From Bacteroidales bacterium (lineage in GTDB: Bacteria; Bacteroidota; Bacteroidia; Bacteroidales; WCHB1-69): DNA of 64,000 nt. Position numbers and translations under genes: made by a program. The notes below the pieces were generated by a model. It ran no database searches and was not told where the DNA came from. It saw only the letters and a list, made by a program, of their open reading frames with translations. The DNA lies in assembly GCA_017651425.1 (NCBI GenBank), contig JAGCCZ010000041.1, forward strand, positions 44,767 to 108,766, in the 5' to 3' direction. Within the stretch, counting starts at the first letter, position 1; every line of letters begins with the position of its first letter. Below are positions 1-8,875 of this stretch, in pieces.

Positions 1-438
1 GTCCGGCCCGAAGGTCATGACTGCAATGCCGATAATGGAGATGACGGCACCTAACAGCAGTCTCCAGGATAACGGCTCGTTTTCGGCGAAATACATCGTG
101 ACAGACACGACAATGGGGATGAGTGCGATGATGACCGATGCAAAAGAGGGAGAAACTTGTTGCAAACCGAAATCCTCTCCGATAAAATAGAGGAAGGGCT
201 CGAAAAAGGCCAACCATAGAAATTTCTTCCAGTCGCCTTTTCGCACCTTCTCTAATTTGCCTTGTATTTTGAAAAGGGTGACAAAAATGAGGGAGGCGAG
301 GAGGAGCCGGAAAAAAACAATGGTGAAGACGGGGAAGCCGGCGTTGAGCAGCTGCTTGCTCCATACAAAGCTGAACCCCCAAAAGAGCATGGCGAAGGAA
401 ATGGCGATGTAACCCTTCAGAGTTTTGTCTTGAGTCAT
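1..438 (-). CDS. EamA/DMT-family membrane transporter, N-terminal part (gene runs off the left edge)
   Basis: Not in the ORF track because it has no stop in the window. My translation of the minus strand from the ATG at 438 gives MTQDKTLKGYIAISFAMLFWGFSFVWSKQLLNAGFPVFTIVFFRLLLASLIF..., successive hydrophobic helices in the usual EamA N-terminal pattern. Confidence 0.65.
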   Translation of the reverse strand, partial: MTQDKTLKGYIAISFAMLFWGFSFVWSKQLLNAGFPVFTIVFFRLLLASLIFVTLFKIQGKLEKVRKGDWKKFLWLAFFEPFLYFIGEDFGLQQVSPSFASVIIALIPIVVSVTMYFAENEPLSWRLLLGAVISIIGIAVMTFGPD

Positions 439-450
439 AAAGAGCGGGAA

Positions 451-1125
451 TTAAAAGACGGGTTCGGGCAGAATGTCCTCATCGGAATGCTCGAGAGTCA
501 TGACGGCAGCTGTGGCAACCTCGGCGAGTTGTAACGGCTGGGTTTGGTCGGCTTCGCTGTGCTCAGCCTGTTTTTTGTCTTGAACATTTACTTTAGATTC
601 AGAACCTATGTTGCTGTAAACCACAACGATGTATTTGTATTTGCCATCTGTAAGCATGCGCTCGGCTTCGGCGTTTGCGGAGTGGTCATGAATGTGGGTA
701 TCGCTCATCAGGATGGGAGTGTTGGGGTTGTCGAAAAACTCGACGACCGTTTGTGCCACCTCGTCCAAATGGGGGGTGTCGTCGGACACGATGAAGACGA
801 CATTGTCGCGGAAGGGGGCGATGTTGGCCTCCTCGATGGCTTGGTTGGCGGCCACGATGAGTGCCATCTCGGTGCGGGTGTAGCCATCGCTCCCGAATTC
901 GACCAGTGCCTCGAAAGAGTTGCGAAGATGCGTGTCGTCCACCTTGATGAGGTGGTCGAGATCAACGCCCGCAAGCAGGCCTCTCTGACGCGCCTGTGCC
1001 CAGTCGCTCATGGCTTTGCAGGCGGCATCGGCATTGAATCCCGTCGGGGTGACACCTCCCCGTCCGATGATGATGGCCTCGGATTGCGATGGGGTTTTGC
1101 AGCCGGTATCTTTATGTTTTGTCAT
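451..1125 (-). CDS. hypothetical soluble protein with acidic C-terminal tail
   Basis: 224-aa ORF with composition like its neighbours and a promoter box upstream. I cannot name any catalytic or cofactor motif. Confidence 0.5.
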   Translation of the reverse strand: MTKHKDTGCKTPSQSEAIIIGRGGVTPTGFNADAACKAMSDWAQARQRGLLAGVDLDHLIKVDDTHLRNSFEALVEFGSDGYTRTEMALIVAANQAIEEANIAPFRDNVVFIVSDDTPHLDEVAQTVVEFFDNPNTPILMSDTHIHDHSANAEAERMLTDGKYKYIVVVYSNIGSESKVNVQDKKQAEHSEADQTQPLQLAEVATAAVMTLEHSDEDILPEPVF

Positions 1126-1225
1126 TTTGTATGGAGTGATATTTGTGATATGATTTTTTAAATTATTGTGTATAAATATTTTACTATAAATAATGTGAAT
1201 ATTTTCGCGTAAAATATCAAGGCTG

Positions 1226-1233
1226 CAAAAATA
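1226..1233 (-). promoter_or_regulatory. Bacteroidetes -7 promoter box (TATTTTTG on minus strand)
   Basis: caaaaata on the + strand matches the TAnnTTTG consensus on the minus strand, about 100 nt upstream of the start at 1125. Confidence 0.35.
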
Positions 1234-1335
1234 AAAAAATAGCTAATGATGGAAGGGGCAGGAAAACAGGATATATATGCATCATGCAAAGTATGGATGA
1301 GGTCAGAAAAAAACCGTGTATTTCAAAAAAAAGGT

Positions 1336-1343
1336 TACTTTTG
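1336..1343 (+). promoter_or_regulatory. Bacteroidetes -7 promoter box (TACTTTTG)
   Basis: ggtTACTTTTGcac lies about 97 nt upstream of the ATG at 1440 and matches the TAnnTTTG consensus. Confidence 0.4.
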
Positions 1344-1439
1344 CACACTTTTGAAGAAGAGGTGCATATCCGGGTCGATTTTTTTGCATCTTTTTGAAAA
1401 AGAAACGTTTAAAATGCTAATTCAATAAAAAACACCAAT

Positions 1440-4400
1440 ATGAATCCGAAAAATTTACTCAAGAGAGCACTTCCTCTGATGCTATGTCTAATTGCCTTCA
1501 TTGGCATCTCAAAAGCACAAGTCACCTACACGTTCAGTCAATACCCACAGGGCACGCAGTATGCTCACGACGAGGTCCATGTGTTGGACAATGACATGAC
1601 GATATACACGTATGAGTGCCACTTCACGACCCAGCTTCGTGTCTATTCCAGCAGTTCGCACAATGGTTATTTTTACACTGCTGCACTGCCGTTATATATA
1701 GACTCCATCACTTTCAACATGGGCTACAATGTTGACAATGTGCTTATTTACGGCAGCACGGATGGCCAAACCTGGAACAGTGTGGGCAGCATAGCCGTCA
1801 CGTCGTCGTCATACCGCAACTACACCATCTCTTTCGGTAGCAACAACTACAATTTCTTCAAGTTCGACGTGGAAGGCACGCAGCAGATTCGTGTCGCAAG
1901 CATGACTCTGCACTACAAGTCCTCGGGCCCGTCGGGCAATGTCGCTCAACTGCCGACCTTCACGCCTTCTCAAGGTGTGCTAACCCAGCCCACACAAGTT
2001 TCCATTGCCTGCGGCACGCCGGGCGCTTCCATATACTACACCACCGACGGCACCACGCCAGACAACACTTCAACCCTTTATACTGCACCCATCACCATTT
2101 CACAGTCCACAACACTCAAAGCCATCGCGTACGCCACAGGATACAATCCCAGCTATGTAGCCACCGCGACCTACACCTTCCCGGCCACTGTGGCCAACAT
2201 CGCTGCTTTCAAGGCTCAGACGGACAACAACCCTCCCTACTATTTCAGTAATGATGTCACCTACGTCTTCAAGCAAGGTGCCTACACCTATGTGAAAGAC
2301 GCCACCGGAGGATTGCTCCTTTATGCCGGCCAAATCACGACATCCTATCAAGAGGGCGACCAAATCAGCGGTCTCATGGGCACACGCTCTGTCTATAACG
2401 GCCAAATCGAGCTGACCCCGACGGTGAACACCCCCGTGGCAACCTCCAATACGGGTGCGGTTGCGCCCGTTGTGGTGACGATGGCTGACCTCTTGGCCAA
2501 CTACAGCCAATATGACGCACAGCTCATCACCCTGCAAGGCGTGACATTGCCCAATGGATTTTCTGGCAGCACCACTGCCATTACACAAGGCGGCAACACC
2601 TGTGACATTTATAACCGTTTTGCTTTGGACACTATTTTGCCTGCCGGTACTGTGACCGACGTGACGGGCTTCGCTGCCATTTACAACAGCACCATCCAAA
2701 TTTATCCGCGCTACAACTCTGATTTGGCAACAGCCACGCCTCCCGCACCGCAACCTACCCTTGCCATCGTCTCTCCTGCCGACGGCAGCAACTATTCCAC
2801 ACTCGATACTATGCATGTGGTGCTGAACATCGGGAACTTCACGCTCGGCACCGACGGTTTGCTCAAGGTCGAGTCCAACATCCTGTCCGCCCTTAATATG
2901 CCGAGTCCTTTCTATTTCAATGCTCTCACATGGGCTGCTTTCCAGAACCAGGTGCTGAGTCCGCTGCCGGCGGGCTCGTTCAGCGCCACGGTCTCCTTGG
3001 TGGGCATGGACTCCCTGCCTCTGACACCTGCTGTCAGCGCCACCACGGACTTCACCGTCACGGCTCCTGTGCTGCCCACCCCGACCATCACCGTCACTGG
3101 TGACAATGCCGGCCCGGACACATACTATTTCACGGCAAACGTGACCTTGTCTGTGTCCGAACCCGGTGCTGAAATCCGTTACACCACGGACGGCACCACT
3201 CCGACAGCAACGTCCACGCTCTACACGGCGCCCTTCAATGTGACCACGACCTCTACCGTCAAGGCCATTGCCTTGAAGGCGAACTATGCCAACAGCGATG
3301 TGGCTACCCAGAGCATCACCATTGCCATCCCGGTGGTCGCCACCCCGACCTTGACGCCGGGCACGGGTATTTACGCCGACAGTGTTGTCGTGACGATGGC
3401 CTGCGCCACCACTGATGCGCAAATCCGCTACACTACGGATGGCACGGAACCGACGGCTGCTGCCACGCTTTATACGGCTCCAATCACGTTGACCGCCAAT
3501 ACGACGCTCAAAGCCAAAGCTTTCAAGGCAAACTGGACGACCAGCGAAATGATCACTGCCACCTACACCATTGCTCACGAGCCGGCATTGGCTGTCACAC
3601 CGGGTTCATTGAGCTTTAACAGCACAACATTGACGGGTGTGATTGATGTCACCTCCGCCTTCCTCACCAGTCCCGTAGCGGTGACGTGCAACAACACGCA
3701 TTTCACGCTCTCCACGGCCTCCATTCCGGCAAGCAGCACGTCCGCGCAGGTAACGGTGACTTTTGACGGCACCGAACCCGCCACGGGCACCGTCACCTTC
3801 ACCAGCGACACGCTTACCGCACAGGTCTCCTTGACTGCCACGGCCACATTGCCCACGCCGGTCATTACTCCCGCCACGGGCGCTTCTGACACGATGATTG
3901 CTGTTACGATGAGCTGTGCCAACAGCAACGCCGGTATCTATTACACTACAGACGGCACTGCACCCACAGCCGCTGCCACTTTGTACACGGCTCCTGTTGT
4001 GTTGAACACGCCAGGCTCCCACACCGTCAAGGCCATTGCCATCCTGACCGGATGGGACAACAGCGATGTGGCCACCGCCACCTACACCATCACCGTGCCC
4101 GAGCCGCCTGCACCTGTCTATAACGACACTGTCATTTATTATACCAGCTTCGACTCCACGCAACAGTTTGTCGGTGGCAACAACTTCCAGAACGACCAAG
4201 TTCACTTCACGGGTCCTGCCGGCCAGCAGTGGGGCACCTATCACGGCACGCCGAGCACGACTTCCGCCATCAGCGGCGACCAGTCGATGCAGATGCGTTA
4301 TTATGTCAGCGGTGACCATTTCGCACATATCGGTTACACGTTCACCAACTTCGACTTGAACGATGTCACGCGCGTCACCTTCTCCGCCAAGAGTACCAAC

Positions 4401-5966
4401 GGACTCAATATGACGGTCTCCTACTCTACCGACGGCGGCAACACCTACCAGGGCACGGAGCTCATCAACCTGACGCAGAATGCGCAGAACTACACATATG
4501 TGGTCAGCGACACGGGCGCGTATGCTTTTGTGCGTCTGCGTTTCGCCGTCGCCGCGCCCATCGTCACCCCTAACAGCACATCAAGGGTCATCATCGACAG
4601 TGTGGTGGTCTATGGTGTTCCCGGCATCGTTCACAACAACGTGGCCACTCCGGAAATCACCCCGGCCAGCGGATTTGTGTATGCCGCATCTCAGACGGTG
4701 ACCATCACTTGCGCCACGGCTGGTGCAAGCATCTACTACACCACGGACGGCAGCATTCCGACACAAAACTCCACGCTCTACACGGAACCTTTCACCATCG
4801 ATAGCAATGTCACTATCAAGGCCAAGGCCTTCAAGGATGGAGACATGCCCAGTCTGGTGGCCACCGCCACTTACGAGTTCCCTGTCACTGTGGCCAACAT
4901 TGCCGCCTTCAAGGCTGCCAACACCGCCACCAACAGCACCGTTTACAAGATTGCAGGTGACGTGACCTTTGTCTTCAAGAGCGGCAGCAACATCTATGTG
5001 CAGGATAATACCGCAGGACTGTTAGTGTACGACAATCAGGGCGTTATTACGGGCAGCTATGCAGAGGGCGACGTCATCAGCGGCGGCATCTTCGGCACCT
5101 ACACGCTTTACAACGGCTTGGTGGAAATGGTGCCCACTCACAACTGGGCCGCCTCTACGCAGAACACGGGCACTGTCTCCCCGGTGACCGCCAGCGTGGA
5201 AGACATCGCAGCCTTCTACTATCAATATGAATCCAAGTTGGTCACCCTCACGGGTGTCACCTTCACCGCCGGCGGCCAGTTTACCACCGCCAGCGCCACG
5301 AACCTTGAGATCGAGCAGAACGGCGAGACTATGCAGGTGCGCAACACCCACAAGACCCTTGACATGACCATTCCCGCAGGTAGTGTCGCCGATGTGACGG
5401 GCTTCGTGCTCCAATACAACGGCACCTACCAGATCGCCCCGCGCGACAACAACGACATTGTGCTGCAAGGCACGGAGGCAGTGGCCGACCCGGTCATTGA
5501 TATCCAGCCGCTCACCAACAACATGTCTGCCATCACCATCACGTGTGCCACAGATGGAGCAACCATTCACTACACTTTCGATGGCACCGACCCCGACGAG
5601 AACTCTCCTGTCTATACGGATGTCCTCTCCCAGGAGGGAATTTTCACCATCAAGGCCATCGCTATGAAGGACGGCATGAGCAACAGTAATGTGGTCAGCG
5701 CCACCAACAGCGGCATCTGCGACCGCGAACTGGCCGGCACGATTTCGGTCTATCCGAACCCCGCCACCGACAAGGTGACCCTCAACAGCGAACGCTACAC
5801 CATGGACAAGGTGGTCGTTTACGATATTTTCGGACAACAAGTCCGCACTTTCAATGTGAATGACTTGACTCAGGACATTGACCTGTCTCAATTGCGTCCG
5901 GGCACCTATTTCCTGTATGTATCGACAACCAACGGTATTGCAGTGCAGAAAGTGGTGAAAAAATAA
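1440..5966 (+). CDS. T9SS-secreted 1508-aa multidomain surface protein with chitobiase/beta-hexosaminidase C-terminal (Fn3-associated) repeats and OB-fold-like modules
   Basis: Signal peptide MNPKNLLKRALPLMLCLIAFIGISKAQ. About 8 copies of the motif G(A)SIYYTTDGT.P...STLYT.P....T.KA.A. Two ANIAAFKA...GQIEL/GLVEM...YQI.PR modules. C-terminal type-A sorting domain VYPNPATDKVTLN...GTYFLYVSTTNG..VQKVVKK. Confidence 0.85.
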   Translation: MNPKNLLKRALPLMLCLIAFIGISKAQVTYTFSQYPQGTQYAHDEVHVLDNDMTIYTYECHFTTQLRVYSSSSHNGYFYTAALPLYIDSITFNMGYNVDNVLIYGSTDGQTWNSVGSIAVTSSSYRNYTISFGSNNYNFFKFDVEGTQQIRVASMTLHYKSSGPSGNVAQLPTFTPSQGVLTQPTQVSIACGTPGASIYYTTDGTTPDNTSTLYTAPITISQSTTLKAIAYATGYNPSYVATATYTFPATVANIAAFKAQTDNNPPYYFSNDVTYVFKQGAYTYVKDATGGLLLYAGQITTSYQEGDQISGLMGTRSVYNGQIELTPTVNTPVATSNTGAVAPVVVTMADLLANYSQYDAQLITLQGVTLPNGFSGSTTAITQGGNTCDIYNRFALDTILPAGTVTDVTGFAAIYNSTIQIYPRYNSDLATATPPAPQPTLAIVSPADGSNYSTLDTMHVVLNIGNFTLGTDGLLKVESNILSALNMPSPFYFNALTWAAFQNQVLSPLPAGSFSATVSLVGMDSLPLTPAVSATTDFTVTAPVLPTPTITVTGDNAGPDTYYFTANVTLSVSEPGAEIRYTTDGTTPTATSTLYTAPFNVTTTSTVKAIALKANYANSDVATQSITIAIPVVATPTLTPGTGIYADSVVVTMACATTDAQIRYTTDGTEPTAAATLYTAPITLTANTTLKAKAFKANWTTSEMITATYTIAHEPALAVTPGSLSFNSTTLTGVIDVTSAFLTSPVAVTCNNTHFTLSTASIPASSTSAQVTVTFDGTEPATGTVTFTSDTLTAQVSLTATATLPTPVITPATGASDTMIAVTMSCANSNAGIYYTTDGTAPTAAATLYTAPVVLNTPGSHTVKAIAILTGWDNSDVATATYTITVPEPPAPVYNDTVIYYTSFDSTQQFVGGNNFQNDQVHFTGPAGQQWGTYHGTPSTTSAISGDQSMQMRYYVSGDHFAHIGYTFTNFDLNDVTRVTFSAKSTNGLNMTVSYSTDGGNTYQGTELINLTQNAQNYTYVVSDTGAYAFVRLRFAVAAPIVTPNSTSRVIIDSVVVYGVPGIVHNNVATPEITPASGFVYAASQTVTITCATAGASIYYTTDGSIPTQNSTLYTEPFTIDSNVTIKAKAFKDGDMPSLVATATYEFPVTVANIAAFKAANTATNSTVYKIAGDVTFVFKSGSNIYVQDNTAGLLVYDNQGVITGSYAEGDVISGGIFGTYTLYNGLVEMVPTHNWAASTQNTGTVSPVTASVEDIAAFYYQYESKLVTLTGVTFTAGGQFTTASATNLEIEQNGETMQVRNTHKTLDMTIPAGSVADVTGFVLQYNGTYQIAPRDNNDIVLQGTEAVADPVIDIQPLTNNMSAITITCATDGATIHYTFDGTDPDENSPVYTDVLSQEGIFTIKAIAMKDGMSNSNVVSATNSGICDRELAGTISVYPNPATDKVTLNSERYTMDKVVVYDIFGQQVRTFNVNDLTQDIDLSQLRPGTYFLYVSTTNGIAVQKVVKK

Positions 5967-5977
5967 TTATCCAATGC

Positions 5978-6005
5978 GGGGACGTGCGGTGGCGCGTCCC
6001 CGTTT
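5978..6005 (+). terminator. rho-independent terminator hairpin
   Basis: GGGGACG-tgcggtggcg-CGTCCCC followed by GTTTG, 12 nt after the stop at 5966. Confidence 0.6.
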
Positions 6006-6028
6006 GATTAAAACAGAGGAACAGGACT

Positions 6029-6454
6029 TTGACAAACGACGAATGCCTCGATTTGATGAAAAGGCACGGCATCAGGCCGACCGCGAATCGCATTTTGGTG
6101 ATTAAGGCGTTGGCGGATGCGGGGTGTCCTCTTGCACTCTCCGAGTTGGAAGAGGTTATCAGCACGATTGACAAGTCCGGTATTTTCCGGACTGTGACAC
6201 TCTTCCATGAGCACCATCTCGTCCATGCCATCGAGGATGGCAGTGGTGTCCGTTACGAGCTGTGTCGAAGCCATCACGAGGACTTGGATGACGACTTGCA
6301 CCTCCATTTCCATTGCCAGCGGTGTGGCCGCACATTCTGCCTTGACCAGATTCCGGTGCCGGAAGTGGCATTGCCAGAAGGATATATGCAGCATTCGGCC
6401 AATTATACGATAAAGGGCTTGTGCCCTCGCTGTGCGAAAAGGAACGATGGATAA
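6029..6454 (+). CDS. Fur-family metal-responsive transcriptional regulator
   Basis: Winged-helix N-terminus (GIRPTANRILVIKAL), His-rich metal site (HHEDLDDDLHLHFHC) and two CxxC pairs (CQRC...CPRC). The start is uncertain: TTG at 6029 or ATG at 6056. Confidence 0.8.
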   Translation: MTNDECLDLMKRHGIRPTANRILVIKALADAGCPLALSELEEVISTIDKSGIFRTVTLFHEHHLVHAIEDGSGVRYELCRSHHEDLDDDLHLHFHCQRCGRTFCLDQIPVPEVALPEGYMQHSANYTIKGLCPRCAKRNDG

Positions 6455-6471
6455 CAGAAGCGTTTTTTTTG

Positions 6472-6479
6472 TACTTTTG
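6472..6479 (+). promoter_or_regulatory. Bacteroidetes -7 promoter box (TACTTTTG) for kal-kce
   Basis: gTACTTTTGcac lies 45 nt upstream of the ATG at 6524. Confidence 0.5.
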
Positions 6480-6523
6480 CACCCAAGAAAATGTTTGTAC
6501 AATAACAATTTATAATTACAAAA

Positions 6524-6919
6524 ATGGAAAAGAAAACTTCAATGATTAGACTGAGAATGAGCTCTCAAGACGCTCATTATGGTGGTAATTTGGTGGATGG
6601 CGCACACATGCTCGCCTTGTTCGGTGATGTGGCCACAGAGCTGCTCATCATGCAGGATGGCGACGAGGGCCTGTTCTGCGCATACGACAATGTTGAATTC
6701 TTGGCCCCCGTTTATGCAGGGGACTATATCGAGGCTGTCGGTGAAATCACCCATGTGGGCAATACCTCCCGCAAAATGGTCTTCGAGGCCCGCAAGATTA
6801 TCGTTCCCCGCCCGGATATCAGCGCCTCCGCCGCCGACGTGCTGGAAGAGCCCATCGTGGTGTGCCGCGCTTCCGGCACCTGCGTGACTCCCAAAAAGTG
6901 CCAACGGAAAAACAATTAA
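6524..6919 (+). CDS. kal: 3-aminobutyryl-CoA ammonia-lyase (hot-dog fold, lysine fermentation)
   Basis: 131 aa. [35 protein letters not shown]...[13 protein letters not shown] is typical of Kal proteins, and the gene is adjacent to kce. Confidence 0.75.
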   Translation: MEKKTSMIRLRMSSQDAHYGGNLVDGAHMLALFGDVATELLIMQDGDEGLFCAYDNVEFLAPVYAGDYIEAVGEITHVGNTSRKMVFEARKIIVPRPDISASAADVLEEPIVVCRASGTCVTPKKCQRKNN

Positions 6920-6957
6920 TTTATTAAGTCATTAAGATATTAAGTTATTAAATTATC
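6917..6957. repeat. imperfect 8-9 bp ATTAAG tandem repeat beginning at the kal stop codon
   Basis: taatttATTAAGtcATTAAGatATTAAGttATTAAAttatc, with TTAAG cores spaced 9, 8 and 9 bp apart. Confidence 0.7.
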
Positions 6958-7030
6958 AGAGGTTGTTCCTTGCACCCTCGTGGTTTTATAACTTCATTAT
7001 CCAATAGTTTCATAATTTTACAGTATAAAT

Positions 7031-7858
7031 ATGGAAAAACTGATCATCACCGCTGCCATTTGTGGCGCGGAAGTTACAAAGGAACAGAATCCCGCAGTGC
7101 CCTACACCGTTGAGGAGATCGTAAGGGAGGCCAAGTCGGCCGTGGATGCCGGAGCCGCCATCGTACACCTGCATGTCCGCGAGGACGACGGCACGCCCAC
7201 GCAGAGCCGCGCCCGTTTCCAGGAGTGCGAGGATGCCATCTACAAAGTGTGCCCCAACGTCATCCTGATTCCCTCCACGGGCGGAGCCGTCGGCATGAGC
7301 CCCGAAGAGAGACTGCAGTCCACAGACACCACTCCCATTCCGGAGATGGCCACCCTTGACTGCGGCACATGCAATTTCGGAGACGAGATTTTCGACAACA
7401 CCATGCCGACCATGCGTGCTTTCGGCAAACGCATGTTGGAGCGCGGCATCAAACCCGAGTATGAGTGCTTTGAGATGGGACATCTGGACACCATCTTGAC
7501 GATGGCCCGCAAGGGACAGGTTCCCGGTGCCCCCATGCAGTTCAACTTCGTGTTGGGTGTGCCTGGTTGTACCCCTGCCACGGTGGACAATCTCTGCTGG
7601 CTTGTGAAGAACATTCCCGCCGGCTCCACATGGACCAGCACGGGCATCGGTCGCCACGCCTTCACCCTCGCCGCTCCCACTATCGTGATGGGCGGCAATG
7701 TGCGTGTGGGTTTCGAGGACAATCTCTATCTCGAAAAGGGCGTCTTGGCAAAGTCCAACGGAGAACTCGTGGATAAGGTCGTCCGCATGGCCAAATTGTT
7801 AGGCCGCGAGGTGGCCACTTCCGACGAGGCTCGCGTGATTCTTGGCCTCAAGAAGTAG
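7031..7858 (+). CDS. kce: 3-keto-5-aminohexanoate cleavage enzyme (BKACE/DUF849 family)
   Basis: 275 aa. MEKLIITAAICGAEVTKEQNPAVPYTVEEIVREAKSAVDAGAAIVHLHVREDDGTPT is the canonical BKACE N-terminus, including the HLHVR metal site. Confidence 0.85.
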   Translation: MEKLIITAAICGAEVTKEQNPAVPYTVEEIVREAKSAVDAGAAIVHLHVREDDGTPTQSRARFQECEDAIYKVCPNVILIPSTGGAVGMSPEERLQSTDTTPIPEMATLDCGTCNFGDEIFDNTMPTMRAFGKRMLERGIKPEYECFEMGHLDTILTMARKGQVPGAPMQFNFVLGVPGCTPATVDNLCWLVKNIPAGSTWTSTGIGRHAFTLAAPTIVMGGNVRVGFEDNLYLEKGVLAKSNGELVDKVVRMAKLLGREVATSDEARVILGLKK

Positions 7859-7900
7859 TCCAGTCTTTTAACGCAAACAATAAGACTGCCTTTTGTTATA

Positions 7901-7933
7901 AACCCCATAAGTTGGACAAAAACTTATGGGGTT
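7901..7933 (+). terminator. terminator hairpin after kce
   Basis: AACCCCATAAGTT-ggacaaa-AACTTATGGGGTT, a perfect 13-bp stem. Confidence 0.6.
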
Positions 7934-7945
7934 CATATTATACTA

Positions 7946-8224
7946 TTACGTGCTAAGGGACGAGTGAGCAGTGATCAGTGGATTGATGGAGGTTCCGCCA
8001 CACGATTGAGGCAGGTCGTGACCACGGGTGACAGAGTGTGTGGCAGAATGGCAAGCAAGAGGGTGCATTGTGGAGATTCCGCACGACCGACCAGCCCCGC
8101 CAGGGGCTAAAGCCCGGTAGGAAACGGCGGCGATGCGGGTTCCCCGAAGCCCCGTCAGGGGATTCCCAGGACGGTATAATCGGTAGCAGAGCATCGGTGG
8201 TGATTTTGACGTGGCGAATATCAT
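7946..8224 (-). repeat. terminal copy of the cassette-leader hairpin repeat (no Rhs core follows it)
   Basis: Same module order as the leaders at 11.4, 13.3 and 14.9 kb: cgccac..caaaa.caccaccgatg, then CCCC-N4-GGGG hairpins at 8150-8161 and 8093-8108, ending in ctgatcactgctcact. The ORFs called here (7946..8224 -, 8038..8226 +) are translations of the repeat. Confidence 0.75.
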
Positions 8225-8263
8225 AGATTTTCAGATAGTTATATATGAGGATGTTTTGGGGCT

Positions 8264-8875
8264 TTATTCACAATCTTTATAAACTGCACTCGAGTTATAA
8301 TATTGAATTTCCATATATCGTAAGTGGTGTTTCTCATCAAAATACAGATGCATTATCGTATGGTCTTTTTCACCTGTAGAGAAAGATATCTCATAAAAAC
8401 ATTTATGTTTATTTATTCTATGCCTATCATTATATGGTGCAAGACAATATACTTGAGGAGAAGGCATTTCACAATCGAAAACTTCAAGAATATCACGCAG
8501 TAATATCTTATACGATAGCTCGACATTTTTATCTACCTCATATATCCTCAGTCGCTTATTCTTTTTGAAATCCAAATGTTGGAGGCGCACTTTGCCGAAT
8601 TCTTCGAAATAGGCAATACCCTTTCTTCCACTGTAAAAATAATTGACAGTATAACATTCTCGCATAGTACTAAAAGGGTTAGGATGAATATAAAGTTTCA
8701 TATCCTGAATACACTTCCAACTGTATTTTAGGGATAACAATTCGACAGTTTTTCCTTGTATTGGAATTTTTGATTGCAGATTGTCTATATTGATTGTACC
8801 GTTTGGTTTTTTTTGACAGAAACAGACTGCTGCGGTTAGTACTAAGTATATCAAAAATAATAATCTTATTCTCAT
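8264..8875 (-). CDS. putative periplasmic immunity protein for Rhs-CT toxin 1
   Basis: Signal peptide MRIRLLFLIYLVLTAAVCFCQ. The start overlaps the toxin stop by 4 nt. AT-rich, with no recognisable family. Confidence 0.6.
   Translation of the reverse strand: MRIRLLFLIYLVLTAAVCFCQKKPNGTINIDNLQSKIPIQGKTVELLSLKYSWKCIQDMKLYIHPNPFSTMRECYTVNYFYSGRKGIAYFEEFGKVRLQHLDFKKNKRLRIYEVDKNVELSYKILLRDILEVFDCEMPSPQVYCLAPYNDRHRINKHKCFYEISFSTGEKDHTIMHLYFDEKHHLRYMEIQYYNSSAVYKDCE

Noticed and set aside
262-534. 90-aa plus-strand ORF at the left edge
   Set aside because: It lies antisense to the EamA transporter reading frame, which gives a convincing membrane-protein translation. The plus-strand ORF is Glu/Gly-rich and implausible.
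451-1125. Considered as a B12-binding aminomutase subunit (KamE-like) because kal/kce are nearby
   Set aside because: It has no DxHxxG cobalamin-binding motif or Rossmann-like B12 domain pattern. It is separated from kal/kce by a 4.5-kb unrelated gene and lies on the opposite strand.
1246-1428. 60-aa ORF in the divergent promoter region upstream of the T9SS protein gene
   Set aside because: It overlaps the predicted -7 box and 5' leader, is Lys-rich and low in complexity, and has no coupling or conservation cue.
2100-3578. 492-aa minus-strand ORF (plus 3606..4328 and 5022..5891) antisense to the T9SS surface-protein gene
   Set aside because: The composition is Arg/Gly/His-rich and low in complexity. 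The ORFs are fully embedded opposite a gene with clear domain structure. Such open antisense frames are expected in GC-rich, codon-biased genes.
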